NCBI GenBank assembly: GCA_017744355.1
Contig: JAGIBK010000008.1
Span: 17,461 to 81,460, forward strand
DNA from: a bacterium
GTDB taxonomy: Bacteria > Cyanobacteriota > Sericytochromatia > S15B-MN24 > UBA4093
DNA length: 64,000 nucleotides
Direction: 5' to 3'
Made by a program: the position numbers and the translations under genes. A model generated the notes under the pieces. The model searched no databases. It worked only from the letters and a program-made list of their open reading frames with translations, and had not been told where the DNA came from. Shown here one piece after another: positions 57,515-64,000 of the stretch. The stretch's first letter is position 1; each line of letters opens with the position of its first letter.

Positions 57515-57566
57515 TCCATGAAGCAATTTTATTCATGAATTAATATGTAGTTCTTCATGAATTAAT
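57515..57566. repeat. direct repeats of a 13-mer (TTCATGAATTAAT) in the tilS/MCP divergent intergenic region
   Basis: Exact copies at 57532-57544 and 57554-57566 (22-bp period). A degenerate copy TCCATGAAGCAAT at 57515-57527. Each copy contains the palindrome TTCATGAA. Confidence 0.7.
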
Positions 57567-57708
57567 GTAAAAAACTCGGTTGTTTCGGGAACTTTTGAGA
57601 TAGCATCCAGACATCGCGATGTTTTTATCTCAATCACCAACAGATGAATTTAGTTGCATGTGCTGGGTGGCGTCATAGCCAACCGTTACAGCTACTTTAG
57701 GAGGTGTC

Positions 57709-59754
57709 ATGAAACTACGAATCGGGGCGAAGCTGCTGCTTGGCTTCGGGGCGGTCCTCTTGCTCATGGGGATCGTCGGCCTCTTCTCGCTCGCGAAGCT
57801 GGGGGCGGTCAACGGCCTCTTAGAGGACATGTACGAGAAAGAGGTGCATGGCATCTCCGTTATCAAGGAGGCGAACCTCAACCTCATCTACCGTGGTCGC
57901 GCCGAGAAGAACGCCATTCTGTACACCGATCCGGCCGAGGTCGAGCATCATCTCGCCAACATGCAGAAGTACTACACCAAGGTGCAGGATTACCTGACGC
58001 AGTACGAGGGCCTCGTTCGGCTGGAGGATTCCAAGCGGCGCATCGCGGGCATTCGTGACGACCTCCGCGAGCTTGCACCTTACCAGGATCAGATCGCGAC
58101 CTTCGCGCGCCAAAACGAGAAGACCAAGGCCCTCGAGGTCGGTCGCAAGGCGCGGGCGATCGCCGATCGGATCGATCATGCGATGACCGAGCTGGCGCAT
58201 CAGAAGGAAGGGATCGCCAAGGGCGCCAGCGAGACGGGCCGGCAGAGCTACGAGCAAGCCCGCGTCATGGTCCTCGCGCTGCTGCTCGTCGCCATCGCCC
58301 TCGGGGTGGCGATCGCCCTCTACCTCTCCCGGGGCATCTCCCAGGGCCTCCAGACGGTCGCGACGGCCGCCGAGGGGATCGCCAAGGGCGAGCTGGATCA
58401 GGTCGTCGAGGTCAAGAGCCAGGACGAGCTCGGCGACATGGCCCGGAGCTTCCGCCAGATGCTCGTCTACCTCAAGGAGGTGGCGGGGGTGGCCGAGGCC
58501 ATGAGCCGGGGGGATCTGGCCCGGGCCGTGACGCCCAAGAGCGAGCGCGACCAGTTCGGCAACGCGATCGCCCACATGATCGCGAGCCTCCGCCAGGTGG
58601 TGGGCCAGGTGCGCGCCGCGGCCGACTCGGTCGGGGCGGGGGCCGAGCAGGTCGGCAGCTCGAGTGCCGAGCTCTCGAAGACGACGGCGATCCAGGCGTC
58701 GAGCGCCGAGGAGACCTCGGCGGCCATGGAAGAGATGGCCGCGAACCTCCAGTCCGTGGATGCGAGCGTCCAGACCCTCGGCAACAAGGTGGGCCTCATC
58801 CGGGGCCAATCGGACGAGCTGGCGGCCGCGGTCACCCAGACCTCGAGCTCGGTCGCCGAGATGGCGGCGAGCATCCAGCAGGTGGCGGGCAACGTGGCGC
58901 ACGCCAGCCAGGTCTCCGAGCAGGCGGCCCAGGCCGCAAACGCCGGCGAAGCGGCGGTCGTCAAGACGATTGCGGGGATGCAGGCCATCTCGGAGACCAT
59001 GGGGGGGATCCTCTCGACGATCCAGGTGCTCGATCAGCGCTCGGGCGAGATCGGGGCGATCATCGAGGTGATCGACGACATCGCCGAGCAGACCAACCTC
59101 CTCGCGCTCAACGCCGCCATCGAGGCCGCCCGCGCGGGCGAGGCCGGTCGAGGCTTCGCGGTGGTCGCCGACGAGGTCCGCAAGCTCGCCGAGCGCTCGG
59201 CCAAGGCGACCGGCGAGATCGGGGCCTTGATCAAGGGCATCCAGCAGGAGACCGCCCAGGCCGTCGGGGTCACCCAGCAGGGCTCGGCCAAGGTGGCGGA
59301 AGGGGCCCAGCTCGCCAACCACACCGGCGAGGCCCTTTCCCGGATCAAGGAGGCCTCCGAGCAGGTCACGGTCCTCTTGAGCGAGGTCTCGGCCGCAACC
59401 AGCGAGCAGGCGCGCGCCAGCCAGCAGATCGTGGCCGCTGCCGAGCAGATGGCAGGCATCAACCACCAGGTGACCGGGGCGGTCGGCGAGATGGATCAGC
59501 TGACCAAGACCGTCACCTACGCGACCAGCGAGCAGCGCCAGGGGGCGGGTCAGGTGGTCATCGCCGTGGACAGCCTGAGCAAGAGCTCGCAGGAGGCGGC
59601 GATCGCCACCGAGCAGGTGGCGCGGGCCGCGGATGATCTCAATAGCCAAGCACAAAGCCTGCAGGAGGCCGTGGCCTTTTTCAAGCTGGGCGAGCAGGAG
59701 CAGCGCCTCGAACGCCGCATCGGGGCCCTCTCGCTACCCAGCGCAGGGCGATGA
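57709..59754 (+). CDS. methyl-accepting chemotaxis protein (4HB-type sensor, HAMP, MA domain)
   Basis: RBS TAGGAGG. TM helix, then TM2 plus HAMP ([25 protein letters not shown]). Highly conserved [43 protein letters not shown]. Confidence 0.9.
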   Translation: MKLRIGAKLLLGFGAVLLLMGIVGLFSLAKLGAVNGLLEDMYEKEVHGISVIKEANLNLIYRGRAEKNAILYTDPAEVEHHLANMQKYYTKVQDYLTQYEGLVRLEDSKRRIAGIRDDLRELAPYQDQIATFARQNEKTKALEVGRKARAIADRIDHAMTELAHQKEGIAKGASETGRQSYEQARVMVLALLLVAIALGVAIALYLSRGISQGLQTVATAAEGIAKGELDQVVEVKSQDELGDMARSFRQMLVYLKEVAGVAEAMSRGDLARAVTPKSERDQFGNAIAHMIASLRQVVGQVRAAADSVGAGAEQVGSSSAELSKTTAIQASSAEETSAAMEEMAANLQSVDASVQTLGNKVGLIRGQSDELAAAVTQTSSSVAEMAASIQQVAGNVAHASQVSEQAAQAANAGEAAVVKTIAGMQAISETMGGILSTIQVLDQRSGEIGAIIEVIDDIAEQTNLLALNAAIEAARAGEAGRGFAVVADEVRKLAERSAKATGEIGALIKGIQQETAQAVGVTQQGSAKVAEGAQLANHTGEALSRIKEASEQVTVLLSEVSAATSEQARASQQIVAAAEQMAGINHQVTGAVGEMDQLTKTVTYATSEQRQGAGQVVIAVDSLSKSSQEAAIATEQVARAADDLNSQAQSLQEAVAFFKLGEQEQRLERRIGALSLPSAGR

Positions 59755-59758
59755 ATCG

Positions 59759-59792
59759 AAAGGGGCTGCCCCACTGGGGCAGCCCCTTTTTT
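59759..59792 (+). terminator. intrinsic terminator of the MCP gene
   Basis: AAAGGGGCTGCCCCA / TGGGGCAGCCCCTTT stem, followed by TTTTTG. Confidence 0.85.
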
Positions 59793-59814
59793 GAATTGGG
59801 GCGACCCCGCCAAC

Positions 59815-59843
59815 GAAAAACCGCCCGGATTGCTCCGGGCGGT
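59815..59843 (-). terminator. intrinsic terminator after tRNA-Met
   Basis: ACCGCCCGGA / TCCGGGCGGT stem, followed on the minus strand by TTTTTCG. Confidence 0.75.
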
Positions 59844-59849
59844 GAAGAG

Positions 59850-59922
59850 TGGCACTGGCTGGATTTGAACCAGCGGATGAGCGGGTATGAACCGCTTGCC
59901 TTAACCACTTGGCGACAGTGCC
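59850..59922 (-). tRNA. tRNA with anticodon CAT (elongator Met-type; Ile2/lysidine identity cannot be excluded)
   Basis: Hand-folded 73-nt cloverleaf. Acceptor GGCACTG/CAGTGCC, anticodon stem AGCGG/CCGCT with loop TTCATAC, T arm GCTGG-TTCAAAT-CCAGC, discriminator A. CCA is not encoded. Confidence 0.85.
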
Positions 59923-59938
59923 GCTGTCGATGATCCTT

Positions 59939-59967
59939 ACTTTATCGTATCTGGCGGGCGACGTCAA
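59939..59967 (-). promoter_or_regulatory. candidate promoter of tRNA-Met
   Basis: Minus strand reads TTGACG, 17 nt spacer, TAAAGT, ending 16 nt before the mature tRNA 5' end. Confidence 0.55.
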
Positions 59968-60057
59968 GATAGGTTGGTGGCAGGGTTAAGAGCTTTTTCG
60001 CTAGGCGTGGGCCCTCGCCTCTGCTACCCTGAGGGCGGATGGTTGAAGGAGAGCTCC

Positions 60058-61137
60058 ATGCGCCTGTTGATGATCGACCAGCTCGTGGCCGGATCGCGGC
60101 TCGGCAAGACCCTTTACGCCGAGGACGGGCGGGTCCTGCTGCACCGCGGCACCGAGTTGACCGGCGCTTACCTGGAGGCCCTCTCGAAGATGGGCTATCG
60201 AGCCCTCTACGTGCTCGATCCCCACTCGGATGATCTGCAGGCCCGCGATCCCATCAGCGAGCGCACCCGCCAGGAGGCCATCACGGCCGTCCGTGACGTC
60301 TTCCGGCAAGTCCGCGAGCCCAATCGCAGCCTCGACCAGGAGTGGACCAGCCGTCGCATCCTCTACAACACGGCCGTCGGCATCCTCCACGACCTGCAGG
60401 CCAACCGGGACCTCAACCTCCAGGTGGCCGAGCTGCGGACGCTGAGCTCCTACACCTTCGACCACTCAGTCAACGTCTGCGTGCTGGGCCTCGCGCTCGG
60501 CGAGCGCATCGGCCTGCCCTACGGCAAGCTCGCCGATCTGGCCATGGGCCTCTTGCTGCATGACATCGGCAAGACCGCCATGCCGGGCGAGTGCGCCGAG
60601 CTGCACGAAGGGGCCGAACAACTCGTCGACGAGACCTATCGCCAGCATCCCCGCATCGGCTTCGACATCGTGCAGCAGTTGGGCAAGACCCTCTCAAGCC
60701 CGTCGCGGATCGTCGTCCTGCAGCATCACGAGCGCTGGGACGGCTCGGGCTTTCCCAAGGCCCTCAAGGGCGATGAGATCCACCTCTTCGGCCAGATCGC
60801 GGCGATCGCCAACACCTACGACAACCTGATCCACGACCTGAGCGCGGGTCGCCCCACCCCGCCGCACCAGGCGATGGAGTACCTGATGGCCGCGGGGGGC
60901 TCCCACTTCAACCACGCCCTGGTCGTCGAGTTCCTCAAGCTGCTCGTTCCCTTCCCCCTCGAGGCTGCGGTCAAACTCAGTACCGCCGAGGAGGGCCTCG
61001 TGGTCTCCATCGACCGGGGGCTGCCCATGCGCCCGACCATCCGCGTCACCATGGACCCCGATGGCAAGGAGCGGCGCCGGCCCTACGAGCTGGATCTCAA
61101 GAAGCACCCAGACATCACCATCGTCCAGACCTTCTAG
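60058..61137 (+). CDS. HD-GYP domain protein (likely c-di-GMP phosphodiesterase)
   Basis: RBS GAAGGAG. LLHDIGK and HHERWDGSGFPKALKGDEI (HD-GYP signature). Confidence 0.85.
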   Translation: MRLLMIDQLVAGSRLGKTLYAEDGRVLLHRGTELTGAYLEALSKMGYRALYVLDPHSDDLQARDPISERTRQEAITAVRDVFRQVREPNRSLDQEWTSRRILYNTAVGILHDLQANRDLNLQVAELRTLSSYTFDHSVNVCVLGLALGERIGLPYGKLADLAMGLLLHDIGKTAMPGECAELHEGAEQLVDETYRQHPRIGFDIVQQLGKTLSSPSRIVVLQHHERWDGSGFPKALKGDEIHLFGQIAAIANTYDNLIHDLSAGRPTPPHQAMEYLMAAGGSHFNHALVVEFLKLLVPFPLEAAVKLSTAEEGLVVSIDRGLPMRPTIRVTMDPDGKERRRPYELDLKKHPDITIVQTF

Positions 61138-61224
61138 GCCTTCTAAGCCTTTCCCGCTTCTCGGATCGTCTTGCGGCCTGTGCTACGATGCCCGCGCACT
61201 GATCCTTTACAGGGGAGGCACCAT

Positions 61225-61812
61225 ATGAAGGGACCGACCAAGGCCTCGGGCATCGGCGGGACGCTGAGCACCCACGGGGGGCGCGACGCGCGGCGCAAGG
61301 TCGTCGGGCGCGCGATCGACCAGTTCCGCCCCGACGTGCCCCACCAGGCCAACGCCGCCCCGGACATCAAGGGGGACGTGGCCTACTGCGTCAGTTGCCA
61401 TGCGATCTACCGGCCCAAGCAGTGGCACCTGGACGAGGCGGAGTACCATCGCCTCTCGATCAACCCGGAGGTCGAGGGCATCACCTGTCCGAGCTGCCGC
61501 GCCATCGAGCGCGGGGACTTCTACGGCGAGTTGCGCATGCGCATGGCGGGCCTCGAGCGCTACCGGGAGCAGATCCTCAACACCGTTTACAACGAGGAAG
61601 CCCGGGCCCGGGTCAAGAACCCCCACGAGCGCATCGGGCGCCTGATCGATCGCGGCGCCGAGATCCAGGTGGACACGGTCAACCCGTTCCTGGCGCACCG
61701 CATCGCGGGCAGCCTCAAGAAGGCCTTCCACGGCACCGAAGTGGAGACCGACTACACCCCCGGCCAGGTCTTCGCGCGGATCGCCTGGGGCAAGCCTCAA
61801 GCCAAGCACTGA
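61225..61812 (+). CDS. zinc-ribbon protein (CxxC...CxxC), NMD3-like/BCAM0308-like; function unknown
   Basis: RBS GGGGAGG. YCVSCHAIY...ITCPSCRAIERGDFYGELRMR. The family name is a recollection, not verified. Confidence 0.5.
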   Translation: MKGPTKASGIGGTLSTHGGRDARRKVVGRAIDQFRPDVPHQANAAPDIKGDVAYCVSCHAIYRPKQWHLDEAEYHRLSINPEVEGITCPSCRAIERGDFYGELRMRMAGLERYREQILNTVYNEEARARVKNPHERIGRLIDRGAEIQVDTVNPFLAHRIAGSLKKAFHGTEVETDYTPGQVFARIAWGKPQAKH

Positions 61813-61817
61813 AAACA

Positions 61818-61852
61818 CGAAGCGGGCGGCCCGATGAGGGCCGCCCGCTTCG
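61818..61852. terminator. bidirectional terminator between the zinc-ribbon gene and punA
   Basis: 15-bp perfect stem CGAAGCGGGCGGCCC / GGGCCGCCCGCTTCG. Confidence 0.8.
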
Positions 61853-61863
61853 AAGTTGGAGTG

Positions 61864-62715
61864 TTAGAGCTTGGCGACGAGGTCGCGGACCAGCGCCTTG
61901 GCCTTGCCGGCGCTCTTGGCGACGACGTCGAGGACTTCCTGCTCGGTGGCGTGGTGGTCGCCGTCGGGCAGGGCCATGTCCGAGATCATGCCGAGGCCCA
62001 GGACCTTGAGGCCGCAGTGGACGGCGACGATCGTCTCGAAGACGGTCGACATGCCGATCGAATCGGCGCCGATTGTCACCAGGTGGCCGAGCTCGGCCGG
62101 GGTGAAGAAGGCGGGGCCCGTGATGCCCGCGTAGACGCCCTCGTGCAGGGTGATGCCCTGCTGCTTGGCGATATCGTGGGCGATCGCGCGCAGGTCGGGG
62201 CGGTAGGCGTCGAACATGACCGGGAAGCGGGGGCCGACCTCGGGGTCGTTGGGACCGATCAAGGGGTTGTTGCCCGTCAGGTTGAGGTGGTCCTTGATGA
62301 GCATCAGATCGCCGGCCTGGAACTGTTTGTTGAGGCCGCCGGTGGCGCAGGTGACGACCAGGGTCTCGACGCCCATGGCCTGCATGACCCGCACGGGGAA
62401 GGTCACCTGCTGGGGGGTGTAGCCCTCGTAGGTGTGGAAGCGACCCTGCATGGCCACCACGCTCTGGCCGCCCAGCATGCCGAAGACCAGGTTGCCGGCG
62501 TGGCCGGGCGCGGTCGAGGTCGGGAAGTGGGGGATCTCGGCGTAGGGGATGACCTCGGCGCCTTCGATCTCAGAGACCAGGGTGCCGAGCCCCGAGCCGA
62601 GGATCAGGCCGACCTTGGGCTGGATAGGCGTGCGAGAGCGCAGGTAGGCAGCCGCTTCCGCGATCTGGGCGCGGACTTCCAGGACCTGCGGGGGGAGGGT
62701 GGCCGTCTTGCTCAT
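61864..62715 (-). CDS. punA: purine nucleoside phosphorylase (trimeric PNP/PunA type)
   Basis: LILGSGLG...IPHFP.STAPGHAG.LVFG...V.AMQGRFH.YEGY...GMSTV.E. RBS GGAGG. Confidence 0.9.
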   Translation of the reverse strand: MSKTATLPPQVLEVRAQIAEAAAYLRSRTPIQPKVGLILGSGLGTLVSEIEGAEVIPYAEIPHFPTSTAPGHAGNLVFGMLGGQSVVAMQGRFHTYEGYTPQQVTFPVRVMQAMGVETLVVTCATGGLNKQFQAGDLMLIKDHLNLTGNNPLIGPNDPEVGPRFPVMFDAYRPDLRAIAHDIAKQQGITLHEGVYAGITGPAFFTPAELGHLVTIGADSIGMSTVFETIVAVHCGLKVLGLGMISDMALPDGDHHATEQEVLDVVAKSAGKAKALVRDLVAKL

Positions 62716-62752
62716 GAAGCCTCCGTGGATTCAGTTGGGTTGGATTATGGAG

Positions 62753-62842
62753 CGGGGAGAGGGGGATTCGAACCCCCGAGACCGCTTGACGCAGCCTACA
62801 TTCTTTCCAGGAATGCCCTTTCAACCACTCAGGCATCTCCCC
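62753..62842 (-). tRNA. tRNA-Ser (anticodon GGA)
   Basis: Hand-folded type II tRNA, 90 nt. Acceptor GGGGAGA/TCTCCCC, anticodon stem CATTC/GAATG with loop CTGGAAA, long variable arm, T arm GGGGG-TTCGAAT-CCCCC, discriminator G. Confidence 0.9.
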
Positions 62843-62889
62843 TCGGACAGGCCTTCCCGTTGTCGATCGGGAGCCTGTAAAAAAAAGAG

Positions 62890-62962
<73 letters not shown>

Positions 62963-63015
62963 CAGTTTGAGACGGGGCGCGGTGCCGAAAGCGGCGCGCC
63001 GTCGCAACGTCTTTC

Positions 63016-63066
63016 ACTATAGACGAAGCCTTGTGAGTTTGCAAGCGGTTATGGCGAAAATTTTAA
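63016..63066 (-). promoter_or_regulatory. candidate strong promoter with AT-rich UP-like element for tRNA-Lys/tRNA-Ser (and possibly punA)
   Basis: Minus strand reads TTGCAA (63039-63044), 17 nt spacer, TATAGT (63016-63021). GATTAAAATTTTCG lies immediately upstream of the -35. Confidence 0.6.
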
Positions 63067-63292
63067 TCCCGATTTAAGACGGGAGCGCCCGATCGGGGCG
63101 AGGGCGAGATGTCGCGGTGTCTTGGATCACCGCCGTTTCGCCCCTCGCTTCGTAGGATGGCAAGTGAGCGGACCTTAACGAAGCTTAAACGTAGCGCATC
63201 CCGCAGGGCCGCTATAATGTCCGTATCGTCGCTATGTTGATAGTCGAACGACCGCAAGTCGTCCCCCCTCATCGCACGGGAGGCTCGTTGCC

Positions 63293-64000
63293 TTGGTTCG
63301 AAAGATCCATCTTGCCACCTTGCTGATCCCCTTGATCGCGACGATCGCAGCCGTTCCCGCCCAGGCGGCCGGCGTGCCCTCGGTCTCGGCCAAGGCGGCG
63401 ATCGTCATCGACGGGGTCACGGGCCAGGTCCTCTACGCCAAGAACATCCACGATCGCTTGCCCCAGGCGAGCACCACCAAGATGATGGCCGGGATCGTGG
63501 CGCTCGAGCGCGGTACCCTCAGCGACGAGGTCCAGGTCAGCAAGCGCGCCGCCGACACCGAGGGCTCCAGCATGTACCTGGAGGCGGGCGAACGCCTGAC
63601 CTTCGAGCAGCTCCTCTACGGCATGATGCTCAACTCGGGCAACGACGCGACCGAGGCGGTGGCCGAGTACATCTCGGGGGACGCCACCCACTTCGTCGGC
63701 CTCATGAACCAGAAGGCCTCGACCCTCGGCCTGAAGAACACCCACTTCGTCACCCCGCACGGCCTCCCGGACAGCAATCACTATTCCAGCGCCTACGACT
63801 TGGCCCAGATCGCCCGTTACGCCCTCTCCAACCCGGCCTTCGCCGAGATCGCGGCCACCAAGGCCTTCCCGGTGCCCGGCAACAAGCGCGCCCCCCACCG
63901 GACGCTCATCAACCACAACAAGCTGTTGCGCTACTTCCCCGGCGCCTGGGGCGGCAAGACCGGCTACACCATTGTGGCGGGCAAGTGCTTCGTCGGCTCG
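63293..64000 (+). CDS. D-alanyl-D-alanine carboxypeptidase (S11, PBP5/DacB-like); runs off the window end
   Basis: TTG 63293, 9 nt after GGGAGG. Signal peptide ...AAVPAQAAG. SxxK motif ASTTKMM, SGN motif LNSGNDA, then KTGYT near the end. Not in the ORF track because there is no stop in the window. Confidence 0.85.
   Translation, partial: MVRKIHLATLLIPLIATIAAVPAQAAGVPSVSAKAAIVIDGVTGQVLYAKNIHDRLPQASTTKMMAGIVALERGTLSDEVQVSKRAADTEGSSMYLEAGERLTFEQLLYGMMLNSGNDATEAVAEYISGDATHFVGLMNQKASTLGLKNTHFVTPHGLPDSNHYSSAYDLAQIARYALSNPAFAEIAATKAFPVPGNKRAPHRTLINHNKLLRYFPGAWGGKTGYTIVAGKCFVGS

Noticed and set aside
57709-61812. MCP / HD-GYP / zinc-ribbon genes as a dedicated signalling system
   Set aside because: The genes are separated by terminators and an oppositely oriented tRNA gene with its own promoter. 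No che genes are present. There is no evidence that they form one unit.
63095-63148. Nested hairpin (GGGGCGAGGGCGA...TCGCCCCTCGC with inner GCGGTG/CACCGC) in the tRNA / dac divergent region
   Set aside because: It lies upstream of both candidate promoters, so it is probably not transcribed. It matches no known RNA family that I recognise. It is too short to call an ncRNA or a MITE without a genome-wide search.
63269-63916. 215-aa - strand ORF at the window end
   Set aside because: It is antisense to the clearly recognisable D-Ala-D-Ala carboxypeptidase frame (STTK, SGN, KTG motifs) on the + strand.

Overview
High-GC (roughly mid-60s % by eye) bacterial chromosomal segment that spans a replication origin. 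No tools were used: all family assignments come from reading motifs in the supplied translations, and coordinates were counted by hand. Left of the origin, on the minus strand: purB, a GAF histidine kinase (plus strand), a secreted 5-hydroxyisourate hydrolase, a ComF-like PRTase, recF and dnaN. Then comes about 1 kb of DnaA-box-dense non-coding DNA (oriC) with no dnaA gene. To its right, on the plus strand: rpmH-rnpA-yidD-yidC-jag-mnmE. Further right, in order:
- a group-3 sigma factor, a C39-like peptidase, MscS, and two small OMP barrels
- a paralogous lipoprotein pair facing an S8 protease
- eight tightly packed genes: hutU-hutI-formimidoyltransferase-cyclodeaminase-hutH-nanE-ROK kinase-AMIN protein
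- hemerythrin plus an MBL/2x cNMP-binding protein, and a GH35-like glycosidase
- CIRCE-hrcA-grpE-dnaK-dnaJ, then cysS-mrnC-rlmB
- three Ig-domain lipoproteins
- an apparently intact IS3-family element abutting a ~2.3 kb low-GC island that encodes an NHL/beta-propeller lipoprotein
- a PI3/4-kinase-like protein of unknown function
- ftsH-tilS, an MCP, tRNA-Met(CAT), an HD-GYP protein, a zinc-ribbon protein, punA, tRNA-Ser(GGA), tRNA-Lys(CTT) and a partial D-Ala-D-Ala carboxypeptidase.
The palindromic octamer GCGATCGC (HIP1-like) is strongly over-represented in native DNA and absent from the IS and the low-GC island. This hints at a cyanobacterial-lineage genome (inference only). I saw no CRISPR array, rRNA or prophage. 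The best candidates for something new are the accessory block at about 44.6-54 kb (lipoprotein trio, IS, foreign NHL gene, atypical kinase), the MBL-cNMP/hemerythrin pair, and the dnaA-less origin. None is a demonstrated system.
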